The notes: a model not told the origin generated them from the sequence alone. A stretch of 64,000 bases of DNA from Gemmatimonadales bacterium (GCA_037189525.1 JBBCJC010000005.1:672001-736000), one strand, 5' to 3'. Positions 20,041 to 29,841 are shown, numbered from the stretch's first letter. Numbers and translations: made by a program.

Positions 20041-20724
20041 CTAGGTCCGCGTCAATACGTCCTCGAGACTTGGCGCACCGGGTTGGCGCATCCGTTCCAG
20101 ACTCAGTTGCTGCAATGCACGAACATTGGTCACGCCGAGTGCTTTTTCGACCTTGACGCGATGGAACTCCACCGTCTTGGTCTCGACCCCGAGCAACTCG
20201 GCAATTTCCTGCGTCGTCTTGCCCAGGCCCAGCAGCGCAAACACCTGGCGCTGGCGGCGGGACAGGACTTCCAGCGGGTCGGTCAATCGACTGGTCGCCG
20301 ACTGGCGATCGTCTTCGACCGCGGGACGGGTCCGCGCTTCGAACTTCGGATTCCGATAGGTCCGGCCGGCCATCACGGTTTCGACGGCCGACAGCAAATC
20401 GGTATCGGAGGAGAGCTTGACCACGAAGCCCGCAGCTCCGGCGCGGAAGGCTTCGTCGACGTAGATCCGCTCCGTCTGCATCGACACCACCAGCACCTTG
20501 GTGTTCGGCGCCTCACGGCGAATGTCGCGGCAAATATCGAGGCCCAGACGATTGGGCATCAGGAGATCGAGCAGCACCAGATCGGGCGCGAGCGCATGGA
20601 CCTGCTCGAGCACCGCCGCACCGTCGTGCACCATCCCGATCACCTCGTACGTCGGTTCGAGCATGGCCTTGAGCCCCTGGCACACCAGGGCGTGATCGTC
20701 GGCCAGGAGGACACGGGCTCGCAT
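20041..20724 (-). CDS. NarL/FixJ-family response regulator (REC + LuxR HTH)
   Basis: 'LLADDH', 'LLDLLMP', 'GFVVK', 'LSRRQRQV...GKTTQEIAELLGVETKTVEFHR'. Confidence 0.95.
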   Translation of the reverse strand: MRARVLLADDHALVCQGLKAMLEPTYEVIGMVHDGAAVLEQVHALAPDLVLLDLLMPNRLGLDICRDIRREAPNTKVLVVSMQTERIYVDEAFRAGAAGFVVKLSSDTDLLSAVETVMAGRTYRNPKFEARTRPAVEDDRQSATSRLTDPLEVLSRRQRQVFALLGLGKTTQEIAELLGVETKTVEFHRVKVEKALGVTNVRALQQLSLERMRQPGAPSLEDVLTRT

Positions 20725-21500
20725 CAGATCGCTTCCCGTTCCGGAACCCAGGCAATGATCCGCGTACCGCGACCGGGCTTACTCACGATCGACAATTCGC
20801 CCTGAACGGCGCGAAGCCGCTCCGACATGCCTAACAGGCCGAGCCCCGCGCCGACACCTTCCGTCACGTTCATCCCGCGTCCTTTGTCCTCGATCTCGAG
20901 CACGATTCCGTCATCCTGCGACGTCAACCTGACTACAGCGGTGCGAATCTCGGCATGGCGCGTCACGTTGCGCAGGCCCTCCTGCGCAATCCGATAGAGC
21001 GCGAGCGATGCGGCATCGCCGACCCGGTCGAGCACCAGCATCGAGTCGGCGTAGACCTCGACGTTCAGGTCGTCCGACACCTTCATGTCGACCGCCAGTC
21101 CTCGGAGCGCCTGCACCAGCCCCAGGTGGTCGAGAATGGCCGGGTGCGCCCGCCGCGCCATGCTGCGCACCTCATCGGCCAAATCATTGAGCTCCTCACG
21201 CAATCCGTCGATCCGCTGGGTCACGGCCGATGTCGGGCTGGGAATCGCGCGTCCGAGCGCGCTCAATTCGCCTCCGATCAATGCCACCCGCTGAATCACG
21301 TCGTCGTGCAAGTCGCGCGCGATCCGCGACCGCTCCGCTTCCTGCGCTTCGACCATACCCTGGCTGAACCGCCGGCTCTGCTCTACCTGGCGCCGCTGGG
21401 CCACGACGATCACGCCGATGACGGTGCCAGCAAAAATCACCGTGACCATCGCGGTCAGGACGTAGACCCAGAAGATCGTCTCCGGACGCAGCGACGGCAT
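20724..21500 (-). CDS. HisKA_3 histidine kinase with a single N-terminal TM and no sensor domain
   Basis: 'QEAERSRIARDLHDDVIQ', 'RIAQEGLRNV', 'EDKGRG', 'GLGLLGMSER'; TGATG overlap with the regulator. Confidence 0.95.
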   Translation of the reverse strand: MPSLRPETIFWVYVLTAMVTVIFAGTVIGVIVVAQRRQVEQSRRFSQGMVEAQEAERSRIARDLHDDVIQRVALIGGELSALGRAIPSPTSAVTQRIDGLREELNDLADEVRSMARRAHPAILDHLGLVQALRGLAVDMKVSDDLNVEVYADSMLVLDRVGDAASLALYRIAQEGLRNVTRHAEIRTAVVRLTSQDDGIVLEIEDKGRGMNVTEGVGAGLGLLGMSERLRAVQGELSIVSKPGRGTRIIAWVPEREAI

Positions 21501-21506
21501 GGCGTC

Positions 21507-22202
21507 TCACCCCCCGGGTACGACGGATCGGCGTCCGCTTCGCCGACCGGCGGCTACCGGGCGGTCGATGTGCCAGACACCCCACGCAATCATCAGATAT
21601 CCCGCAATGGCCAGCACCAGGCGAGCGTGGTACGCCAGGTTGACCAAGTCGTTCCGATCGCCGAACAGGTTGGCCAGGAGCGGCTCGAACACGACGGTTG
21701 CTCCGTAGATCACCATCATGCCGGTACACAGCCAGAACCAGAACTCCGAGGTCCACCGCTCATAGGTGACCTGCACCCGGGTGACCAGGGTAAAGCCCGA
21801 CGCCGCCGTGACGAACAGGATCTGCACCGGCCCCGAGATCAGACTGAAGTCGGCCGCGATGCCCTGCAGATACTGGGCAACACTCCACGCCAGGACGTAC
21901 GCACCAATCGCTCCCAGCATGACCTGCCGCTGCCATCGTTTCGGCTGCCACGCGGCAAAGCCGGCCAACGCCAGCACCGTGGCTACCAGCTGCGGACCCT
22001 CCTGCAGCAAACGGGTTCGCACGCCCCGGAGGGACAGGGGTGCGGCGACCATGGCATAGGCGAGATAGACGGCGATCGACACGATGTGAAACCGGCCGCC
22101 TCGATCGAGGACCGACCATCGTCGCACACCCCAGAGGACCACCACGGCCATCATGGCCGTTTCGATCGCCGCGAGCCAGAAGTACGCCGCCGCCCCTTCC
22201 AT
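21507..22202 (-). CDS. Hypothetical multi-pass (about 7 TM) membrane protein
   Basis: Successive hydrophobic segments, 'FWFWLCTGMMVIY' motif; 6-8 bp gaps to both neighbours. Confidence 0.8.
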   Translation of the reverse strand: MEGAAAYFWLAAIETAMMAVVVLWGVRRWSVLDRGGRFHIVSIAVYLAYAMVAAPLSLRGVRTRLLQEGPQLVATVLALAGFAAWQPKRWQRQVMLGAIGAYVLAWSVAQYLQGIAADFSLISGPVQILFVTAASGFTLVTRVQVTYERWTSEFWFWLCTGMMVIYGATVVFEPLLANLFGDRNDLVNLAYHARLVLAIAGYLMIAWGVWHIDRPVAAGRRSGRRSVVPGG

Positions 22203-22210
22203 AGCGCCGA

Positions 22211-22615
22211 TTAGAAGTTGAAGACGCCGTTGATGTCCCCGCAGTACGGCGGGCACTTCCACGGCGTATCCCCAATAATGCCCTTCAGGATGTCATTGCC
22301 CTCGACGTCGACGCCGCAGAACATCAGCGTCACCGTGCCTTTGGCATCGACACCGGGATAGAAGCGCAGCCCCACACAGCCCTTCTGGGCCAGGATGTCC
22401 TTGAAAATGTTGGCCCCATAGGCCGAGGGCGCGAGTTCCCCGGTTCGGCCGGCGAATTTCTTGAGGTAGACCTCACGCATACGGCGAGCCTGGGCATGCG
22501 TCAGGCGATGCTTGCGAGTGCCGAACGGCGGCACCCGACGCTTGGGTTGCTTGGCCGGTGTTTGGGCCGCCGGCAGCTTCGATGCCGCAGTGCGCTTCGA
22601 GGGTTTGCGAACCAT
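22211..22615 (-). CDS. Small hypothetical protein with 'CVGLRFY' and C-terminal 'CPPYC' motifs
   Basis: GAGGAG SD 8 nt upstream, strong host codon bias, first gene of the four-gene cassette. Confidence 0.82.
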   Translation of the reverse strand: MVRKPSKRTAASKLPAAQTPAKQPKRRVPPFGTRKHRLTHAQARRMREVYLKKFAGRTGELAPSAYGANIFKDILAQKGCVGLRFYPGVDAKGTVTLMFCGVDVEGNDILKGIIGDTPWKCPPYCGDINGVFNF

Positions 22616-22703
22616 CGTCCATACTCCTCACACGAGTCGATTCAGTCTTGCGCGATGAACTCCGTCGAACCTGGCCCCACAGCACAAAGCTCCCAAGCTG
22701 CCA

Positions 22704-22733
22704 CGCAAAGAACAAGTTGGGAAAAAACCTTGC
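22704..22733. repeat. 30-bp motif, copy 2 (CGCAAAGAACAAGTTGGGAAAAAACCTTGC)
   Basis: 29/30 identical to 19992-20021. Confidence 0.85.
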
Positions 22734-22797
22734 TTTTTCCGAATAAAACCCGAAGATTTTCTTGAAGATTCGGATGCGCAACAGGCTGGACTGATCA

Positions 22798-22823
22798 AAT
22801 AATTGAGTATATATTCAATTATT
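22798..22823. promoter_or_regulatory. 26-bp palindrome, probable TetR operator
   Basis: AATAATTGAGTAT|ATATTCAATTATT (one mismatch), ~60 bp upstream of the TetR-RND operon. Confidence 0.7.
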
Positions 22824-22882
22824 GCGTATCACTAAGTTGTTAATCAGCAACTGTTTGAGAAATCTGAATTGAGTTACAGCAA

Positions 22883-23548
22883 TTGAGTAAAGACACCGAA
22901 CAGCCGGTGGAAGCCTCCGATCGGCAACCGCGCTGGCGACGCCGACCCGCCGAGCGACGCAGTGAAATCGTCGATGCGGCGGCGGGGGTATTCGGAGAGC
23001 GCGGCTACGACCACGCCACGCTGACCGATATCGCCAAGCGCGCCGGTGTCTGCGTCGGCACCGTGGCGCACTACTTCGGCAGCAAGGAAGACCTCTTCCG
23101 CGCGGCCCTGTTCGACCGGGTTCACGAGGAGTTCGCCAGGGAAGAGGCCATCCTGGCCGGACATCAGGGTTCCTATCGGAGCCTGATCGAAGGCTTGCTG
23201 CAGCGCATGGCCGACCGGGTCCGGCGATTCGGAACCGGCGACCTGCTGTTCACCGGCCTGGCGAAGGCCAGCACATTTCCGCAAGCCGGCCACTTGCTCT
23301 GTACCGAGGTCGGCGACCGCTGGCGCCGACTCTTCTCCGGGGCAATCGAGGCCGGCATCCAGCAAGGTGAGTTCCGCCGCCTCGACCCCGATCGAACCGC
23401 CCGCGTCCTGGCGAGCGCGCTGATGGGCATGCTCGTCGCTCATGCGCGCCTGTCACGATTCGATCCGCGCAGCCCGACCGCCGATCAAATGATCGAGACC
23501 TATCTCGACCTGGTAAGCCACGCTCTTCTCGAGCCCAGAACACCCTGA
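22883..23548 (+). CDS. TetR/AcrR-family regulator
   Basis: 'EIVDAAAGVFGERGYDHATLTDIAKRAGVCVGTVAHYFGSKEDLF'; start uncertain (TTG). Confidence 0.92.
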   Translation: MSKDTEQPVEASDRQPRWRRRPAERRSEIVDAAAGVFGERGYDHATLTDIAKRAGVCVGTVAHYFGSKEDLFRAALFDRVHEEFAREEAILAGHQGSYRSLIEGLLQRMADRVRRFGTGDLLFTGLAKASTFPQAGHLLCTEVGDRWRRLFSGAIEAGIQQGEFRRLDPDRTARVLASALMGMLVAHARLSRFDPRSPTADQMIETYLDLVSHALLEPRTP

Positions 23549-23551
23549 ACC

Positions 23552-24679
23552 ATGTTACCCACTCATCGCTACCCGCTTGCTGCGCTTGTCCTCGCTTTAC
23601 CGCTGACGGCCTGCCAGTCACCGCCGCCGCCCGTCATGCCGCCCACCGAAGTGACCGTGGTCGACGTCGCCCCCCAAACGCTCGGCGAATCCATCGAGTT
23701 CATGGGCGCCGTCGAGGCGTACCGGAACGTCGAGATCCGGTCGCAGGTCGCCGGGATCGTACTCGAGCGGCCTTTCACAGAAGGCGCCGCCGTGCAGGCG
23801 GGTCAGGTCCTCTATCGGATCGATCCGCTCCAGTACGACGCCGCCTGGCGAAGCGCTCGGAGCCGTCTCGCCGAGTCTGAAGCACGGCTGGCCAACGCCG
23901 AGCGGAACCTGGCGCGACTCAAGCCGCTCCTGGCCGACAACGCCGTCGCCCGGCGCGACGTCGACGACGCCGATGCCGAGCTGGCGCGCGCCCGCGCTTC
24001 GGCGGACGACATGCGCGCTGCGGTCGACCGCGCCAAGAAAGATCTGGACGAAGCCACCGTCCGGGCGCCGATTGCCGGCCGCGTCGGACGCGCCCATCTC
24101 CAGATCGGAGCGCGCGTCACCGGCCCCGGCGACCTCCTGACCACGATCGACGTGATCGATCCGGTCTATGTCTCGTTCCGGCCGAGCGCGGCGCAGACAC
24201 TGGCCTGGCGGCGCGACCCCGTAGCGGGCAAAGCCCTCCTGCCCGGAGGCACAGCCCGGATCGAGCTGACCCTGCCCGATGGCTCCGCCTTTCCGCGGCA
24301 GGGCCGGATCGATTTCGTCGACCCGGTCGTCGATCCGGCCACCGGAACGCAGCAGTATCGGGCAACCTTTGCCAACGGCGAGCGCCTCCTGGTGCCGGGA
24401 CAGTTCGTCCGGGCGTCGCTGCGCGGCTTGCAGCGCGTCAACACCCTGGCCGTCCCGCAGCGAGCGGTCCAACAGGTGCTCAACCGGCAGTTCATCTATG
24501 TGGTGGGCGCCGGTGACACGGTGCGCGCCCATGATGTTCGCACCGGCGCGCTGCTCGACAGCCTGTGGATCATCGAGGAGGGGATTACCGCCGGAGACCG
24601 CGTCGTGGTCGACGGGGTGCAGAAGATCGGTCCCGGTGCGGTGGTCAAGCCCGTAACGGCGGCACGGCCGGGCACATGA
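23552..24679 (+). CDS. RND efflux periplasmic adaptor (AcrA/MexA-like), lipoprotein
   Basis: Lipobox LTAC; 'EIRSQVAG', 'VRAPIAGRVG', 'VDPATGT', 'VPQRAV'. Confidence 0.95.
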   Translation: MLPTHRYPLAALVLALPLTACQSPPPPVMPPTEVTVVDVAPQTLGESIEFMGAVEAYRNVEIRSQVAGIVLERPFTEGAAVQAGQVLYRIDPLQYDAAWRSARSRLAESEARLANAERNLARLKPLLADNAVARRDVDDADAELARARASADDMRAAVDRAKKDLDEATVRAPIAGRVGRAHLQIGARVTGPGDLLTTIDVIDPVYVSFRPSAAQTLAWRRDPVAGKALLPGGTARIELTLPDGSAFPRQGRIDFVDPVVDPATGTQQYRATFANGERLLVPGQFVRASLRGLQRVNTLAVPQRAVQQVLNRQFIYVVGAGDTVRAHDVRTGALLDSLWIIEEGITAGDRVVVDGVQKIGPGAVVKPVTAARPGT

Positions 24680-27600
24680 GTACTCCCAACGTCCTCCCGC
24701 CTACCGAGCGGGAATACCTATTCATCCGGCGCCCCGTCACGGCCGCCGTGATTTCGATCGTGATCGTGCTGCTCGGCCTGTTCGCCATGCGGAGCCTGCC
24801 GATCGCCCGTTTTCCCCAGATCACCCCGCCAGCGATTCAGGTCACGGCTGTCTTTCCGGGCGCCACTGCCGAAGACGTGGCCCAGGCGGTTGCGGCCCCG
24901 ATCGAGCAGCAATTGTCGGGACTCAACGGCCTGCTCTACTTCAAGTCGGCCAATTCGTCCGACGGCGTGATGAATCTCGAAATCGTGTTCGACATCTCGC
25001 GCGACCAGGACCTGGCCGCCGTCGACGTCCAGAACGCGGTCAAGCTGGCCGAGCCGCAGTTGCCGGAAGAGGTGCGGCGGAACGGCATCGTGATTCAGAA
25101 GTCGCAGAGCGACATCCTGATGGTCGGGTCGCTCACCTCGGACGATCCGAATCACAGCATCGAGTTCATTACGAACTACGCCAAGCTCTACGTCGAGGAC
25201 GAACTCAAGCGGATTCCCGGCGTCGGCAACGCCCAGGCGTTCGGCGGCCGCGAGTTTGCCATGCAGATCAGCCTCGACCCGGATCGGATGGCGCGGCTGG
25301 GCGTCACGGTCCAGGAAGTGGCCGCTGCCATTCGCGACCAGAACGCCACCAACCCCGCCGGTCGGCTCGGCCGGCAACCGTCGCCCGAATCGACCGAGCT
25401 GACCTTTGCCGTGACCACCCGCGGACGGCTCGCGACTGCTGCGCAGTTCGACAGCGTGGTGGTGCGCGCGCGGACCGACGGCTCCCTGATCCGGGTCGGC
25501 GACGTCGGCAGCGCCAATCTCGGGGCCCGGAGCTACGATGCTACCGGTCGCCTGAACGGCAAACCGACCACCAACTTCCTGGTCAATCAGCGTCCGGGCG
25601 CCAACGCGCTCGACGTCAAGCAGGCCATCGACGACCGGATGGCCGAGTTGAGCCGGACCTTCCCGCCCGGCTTCCAATGGCAGGCCGCGTTCGACACCAC
25701 GCCGTTCATCCGTGAGTCGATCACGGAAGTCGTCAAGACACTGCTCGAAGCAATGGTGCTGGTGACGCTGGTCGTCTTCATCTTCCTGCAGAGCTGGCGC
25801 GCAACCCTGATCCCGCTCCTGGCCGTCCCGGTCAGCATCATCGGCACCTTCCTGGGCCTCCAGGCCATGGGCATGTCGATCAACACGCTGACGCTCTTCG
25901 GCCTGGTGCTCGCGATCGGTATCGTCGTCGACGACGCCATTGTGGTCATCGAAAACGTCGAACGGATCATGGCCGAAGAGCACGTGCCTCCTCGAGAAGC
26001 GGCCAATCGGGCCATGAAACAGGTCTCGGGCGCGCTGATCGCCATCGTCCTGGTGCTCTGCGCCGTGTTCGTGCCGGTTGCCTTCATCGGCGGCGTGACG
26101 GGCGAGTTCTACAAGCAGTTTGCCGTGACCATCGTGATCTCGGTGGTGCTGTCCGGCATCGTCGCGCTGACCCTGACGCCGGCGTTGTGCGCCGTCCTGT
26201 TGACGCATTCGAACGAGGACAGCACCAACAAGTACGCCCGGAAGTTCAACACCTGGTTCCATCGGGTCACCGATCGCTACCTGGGCGGCGTCGGCCGTCT
26301 GGTGGGTCGGCCGCGGCGCTGGCTGGCCATCTTCGGTGTGATGACGGTGCTCACCGTCGTGCTGGCCCGCCGGGTACCGACCGGGTTCCTGCCGACCGAA
26401 GACAAGGGCTTCTTCGTGGTCTCGATCCAGCTGCCGGACGCCGCGTCCCTGCCCCGGACCGAGGCCTTCGTCGAGCAGGTCGAAGCCATGCTCGCCAAGG
26501 AACCGGCCGTGACCAACATCACGGCCATGGTCGGACTCGACATCCTGACCCGGGCGACCCAGACCAACAGCGCCACCATGTTCGTGCGACTGGCCCCCTG
26601 GGAGGAGCGCAACGCGAATCAGAGCGTCGATGCCATCCTGGCCCGTACCAACGGCGCGCTCTGGGGCATGAAGGAAGCGATTGCCTTCGGCTTCAACTTC
26701 CCCGAGGTCCCGGGGCTCGGTACCTCCGCAGGACTCGAGCTCAATCTGCAGGCGCGTAGCGGCAGTGACATCCGCCACTTCGCGCAGCAGGCCCGTTCCT
26801 TCGTCGCGGACGCCAATCAGCTTCCGGAAATCCAGGGCGCCAACACCACGATCCGCGCCGATGTGCCCCAGGTGTATGTCGATATCGACCGGGATGCTGC
26901 CGCGGCCAAGGGTGTCAGCATCGGCTCCATTTCATCGACCATGCAGGCGCTCCTGTCGACCCTGTATGTCAACGACTTCAACCTCTATGGCCGGACCTGG
27001 CGGGTGCAGGCCGACGCGGGAGCGGCGTTCCGGCAGCATCCGGAAGACATTGCCCGCCTCTACGTCCGGGGACACGGCGGCGAGATGGTGCCGCTTGGTT
27101 CGCTGATCCGCACCGAAATGCGCACCGGGCCGAGTATGGTCACCCGGTTCAATGGATTTCCTTCGGCCATGGTGACGGCCACGCCCAAGCCGGGTAAGAG
27201 TTCGGGCGAAATGCTCGATGCGGTCGAGAACCTGGTGGCCGAGAAGTACGCGGCCGACGGGATCGGCTCGGCGTTCAGCGGCCAGTCGTTTCAGGAACGC
27301 CGCACCAGCGGTGAAGCCGGCCTGGTCTTCGTACTCGGCCTGATCCTGGTCTTCCTGGTGCTTGCCGCGCTGTACGAAAGCTGGGCAATTCCCTTTGCGG
27401 TCGTGCTGGGCGTACCGTTCGGCGTTGCAGGCGCGTATTTGGGGGTCTGGCTGCGCGGTATCCCGAGCGACATCTACTTCACGGTCGGCCTCATCACCGT
27501 CGTCGGCCTGGCCGCCAAGAACGCGATTCTGATCGTCGAGTTCGCGACGGAACTCAGGCGCAAAGGCCTTGCCGTTCGTGAAGCGGCCATGGAAGCGGCC

Positions 27601-27843
27601 CGGGAACGTTTCCGCCCCATCCTGATGACCTCGTTCGCCTTCATTCTGGGCGTGCTGCCGCTGGTGATCTCGGGCGGCGCGGGCGCGGCCGGCCGGCACT
27701 CGCTCGGCACCGGCGTGTTCTTCGGAATGCTGGCGGCCACGATCATCGGTGTCTTCTTCATTCCGCTCTTCTTCTTCGTGATCCAGCGGCTGACCGAGCG
27801 GAAACAGTCCGTGCCGGCCGGCGCCGTGGAGGAACGATCATGA
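24676..27843 (+). CDS. RND multidrug efflux permease (AcrB/MexB-like)
   Basis: 'FIRRPV', 'AIGIVVDDAIVVIENVER', 'GLAAKNAILIVEFA', 'RFRPILMTS'; ATGA overlap. Confidence 0.97.
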   Translation: MSTPNVLPPTEREYLFIRRPVTAAVISIVIVLLGLFAMRSLPIARFPQITPPAIQVTAVFPGATAEDVAQAVAAPIEQQLSGLNGLLYFKSANSSDGVMNLEIVFDISRDQDLAAVDVQNAVKLAEPQLPEEVRRNGIVIQKSQSDILMVGSLTSDDPNHSIEFITNYAKLYVEDELKRIPGVGNAQAFGGREFAMQISLDPDRMARLGVTVQEVAAAIRDQNATNPAGRLGRQPSPESTELTFAVTTRGRLATAAQFDSVVVRARTDGSLIRVGDVGSANLGARSYDATGRLNGKPTTNFLVNQRPGANALDVKQAIDDRMAELSRTFPPGFQWQAAFDTTPFIRESITEVVKTLLEAMVLVTLVVFIFLQSWRATLIPLLAVPVSIIGTFLGLQAMGMSINTLTLFGLVLAIGIVVDDAIVVIENVERIMAEEHVPPREAANRAMKQVSGALIAIVLVLCAVFVPVAFIGGVTGEFYKQFAVTIVISVVLSGIVALTLTPALCAVLLTHSNEDSTNKYARKFNTWFHRVTDRYLGGVGRLVGRPRRWLAIFGVMTVLTVVLARRVPTGFLPTEDKGFFVVSIQLPDAASLPRTEAFVEQVEAMLAKEPAVTNITAMVGLDILTRATQTNSATMFVRLAPWEERNANQSVDAILARTNGALWGMKEAIAFGFNFPEVPGLGTSAGLELNLQARSGSDIRHFAQQARSFVADANQLPEIQGANTTIRADVPQVYVDIDRDAAAAKGVSIGSISSTMQALLSTLYVNDFNLYGRTWRVQADAGAAFRQHPEDIARLYVRGHGGEMVPLGSLIRTEMRTGPSMVTRFNGFPSAMVTATPKPGKSSGEMLDAVENLVAEKYAADGIGSAFSGQSFQERRTSGEAGLVFVLGLILVFLVLAALYESWAIPFAVVLGVPFGVAGAYLGVWLRGIPSDIYFTVGLITVVGLAAKNAILIVEFATELRRKGLAVREAAMEAARERFRPILMTSFAFILGVLPLVISGGAGAAGRHSLGTGVFFGMLAATIIGVFFIPLFFFVIQRLTERKQSVPAGAVEERS

Positions 27844-29282
27844 TCCGCTCGCTCCGCATTCTCATTCCGGTCGCCCTGGCGGCCGGCTGCGCCGTGGGTC
27901 CGTCGCCGCGCGTGCGGCCGGAACCGATTGCGCCGCTCCGAACCGCAGCCGGGGATGATGCTCCCCGGCCGCTGCTCGACTCACTCGTCACGGCCAACCT
28001 GCCCGCCACCGGCCCGCTCGTGCTGGCCGACGATCCGGCGGCGGTCGCGCTCCAGTGGCTCGATGTCGTCAACGATCCGGCGCTCGCAACCTTGGTACGT
28101 ACGGCGGTCGAACGGAATCTCGACCTGCAGGCCGCCGCAGCCCGAGTGCGCGAGTATCGCGCTCTCTTCGGCGCCGCCCGGGGCGAACTGCTGCCCCGGC
28201 TCGATGCCAACGGGTCCTATAGTACCAACCAGGCCGTCTTCGGCTCGCTCGGTGCGATGCAGTACGACGCCGTGCGGATCTCGGCCGACCTGCAATGGGA
28301 GCTCGATTTCTGGGGCAAGCTGCGGCGGCAGACCCAGGCCGCGCGCTTCGACTGGGGCGCCCGGGAGGACGACCGTCAGGCGATCCTGCTCAGCCTGGTG
28401 AGCGATGTGGTCACCGCGTACCTCGAGTTGCGCGAACTGGACGAAAACGTCCGCGTCACCGAGCAGACGTTGGCGAGTCGCGAAGCAACCCTGCGCCTGG
28501 CTCGTCAGCGCTTTGCGCAGGGGGTCATTTCCGAGCTCGACGTCCGGCAGTTCGAAGCCGAACTGGCCGGTCCCGCGGCGCGAGTGGCCGAGTTCATTCG
28601 GTTGCGGACGCAGAAGGAGAACCAGCTCTCGGTGCTGCTGGGCCAGGCGCCTCAGCCCATCGTGCGCGGATTACCGCTCGATTCGACCGTCCGGAAGATC
28701 ACGCCGCCCGATTCGATCTCGTCGAGCCTCCTGGCCCGTCGGCCCGATGTGATGCGGGCCACCAAGTCCTGGTCGGCCGCGGCAGCACGGGTCGGCGTCG
28801 CGGTCGGAAACCGGTTGCCGCGCATTGCGCTGACCGGATCGTACGGCACCCAGCAGCCCGATTTCAGCGGCCTGTTTGCCACCAACGGCGAGGTCTATGC
28901 CGCCGGTGTCAACGTCTCGCTGCCGCTGTTTACCGGCGGACGCCTGCTCAACCAGCAGCGGGCGGCGGCGGCACGCGCCGATCAGGCGCGGATCGACTAC
29001 GAGCGCACGGTGCTGACCGCGCTGCGCGAAGCCAACGACGCGCTCTCGTCGGTCCGTCTCTCACGCCAGCAGTTGGCCGCGCAGCTGACTCAGACCCAGG
29101 CGCTCCGGCGCGCCGTTACGCTGGCTGAGCAGCGCTATGAAGCGGGGATTTCGAGTTACCTCGAGGTGCTCGATGCCCAGCGCGGCCTCTATGCAGCCGA
29201 ACTGGGCTTAGTCCAGACGCAGCGTCAGACGCTGACCACGACGGTCCAGTTGTACAAGGCGTTCGGCGGCAACTGGCAGTAG
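27840..29282 (+). CDS. Efflux outer membrane factor lipoprotein (OprM/NodT-like)
   Basis: Lipobox LAAGC; 'WELDFWG', 'LLARRPDV', 'SYLEVLDAQR', 'LYKAFGGNW'. Confidence 0.95.
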   Translation: MIRSLRILIPVALAAGCAVGPSPRVRPEPIAPLRTAAGDDAPRPLLDSLVTANLPATGPLVLADDPAAVALQWLDVVNDPALATLVRTAVERNLDLQAAAARVREYRALFGAARGELLPRLDANGSYSTNQAVFGSLGAMQYDAVRISADLQWELDFWGKLRRQTQAARFDWGAREDDRQAILLSLVSDVVTAYLELRELDENVRVTEQTLASREATLRLARQRFAQGVISELDVRQFEAELAGPAARVAEFIRLRTQKENQLSVLLGQAPQPIVRGLPLDSTVRKITPPDSISSSLLARRPDVMRATKSWSAAAARVGVAVGNRLPRIALTGSYGTQQPDFSGLFATNGEVYAAGVNVSLPLFTGGRLLNQQRAAAARADQARIDYERTVLTALREANDALSSVRLSRQQLAAQLTQTQALRRAVTLAEQRYEAGISSYLEVLDAQRGLYAAELGLVQTQRQTLTTTVQLYKAFGGNWQ

Positions 29283-29299
29283 CCGAGCGTCGGCGCGGT

Positions 29300-29340
29300 G
29301 CCCCGGTCGCCCATCGACCGGGGGGCCCGCCTCTTTCTTT
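29300..29340 (+). terminator. Rho-independent terminator
   Basis: CCCCGGTCG-cccat-CGACCGGGG followed by a pyrimidine/T-rich tail. Confidence 0.6.
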
Positions 29341-29411
29341 ACCATCAGCGACCGCCGGCCGGCTCGATGGCCGCGACGAACGGCCCAGTGCATCGGGAGA
29401 CGGCTCCGCGA

Positions 29412-29720
29412 CTATGCGGCGACCAACGGCTCGATCTTCTTGATTGCTTTGGCAGCCGGCGCGCGCATGGCATGCCACAGATCCCAGTCTTGCTGCAAGC
29501 CAAGCCAGAAATCAGCCGGCATACCCGTCGCCTGAGCAAAGCGCAGAGCGGTGTCCGGTGTCACACCTCGCTTTCCCCGAACAATCTCATGGAGGCGCAC
29601 AAATGAGACGCCAATTCGGCGCGCAAAGGCGCTCTGGCTTTCGTTGTACTCCTCCAGGAACTCCTTGAGCAGCATCTCCCCAGGATGGGTCGGGGGGCGA
29701 TTCGTTGGCAAGCGCGGCAT
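29412..29720 (-). CDS. higA: HigA-family antitoxin (HTH)
   Basis: 'PTHPGEMLLKEFL', 'GKRGVTPDTALR', 'FWLGLQ..WDLW'; AGGAGG SD. Confidence 0.93.
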   Translation of the reverse strand: MPRLPTNRPPTHPGEMLLKEFLEEYNESQSAFARRIGVSFVRLHEIVRGKRGVTPDTALRFAQATGMPADFWLGLQQDWDLWHAMRAPAAKAIKKIEPLVAA

Positions 29721-29750
29721 GAGAACACAGCCTCCTGCAATGTGTATCTA

Positions 29751-29765
29751 TAACGCATGTCGTTA
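29751..29765. promoter_or_regulatory. TAAC-N7-GTTA box 1 (candidate HigA operator)
   Basis: TAACGCATGTCGTTA, just downstream of a minus-strand TTGTAT-N16-TATAAT (29804-29777). Confidence 0.6.
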
Positions 29766-29841
29766 TTACGACTTGTATTATACACCGTTCTCGGCGCCAT
29801 ACAACGGCAAGAGAACGTAGCGCCCCCAACTAGACCGAACC

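Noticed and set aside
24718..26778. Long antisense ORFs (also 13599-15497, 31124-33358, 46766-48589, 9949-11583 and others)
   Set aside because: Shadow frames opposite well-supported genes in high-GC DNA; no motifs and atypical composition.
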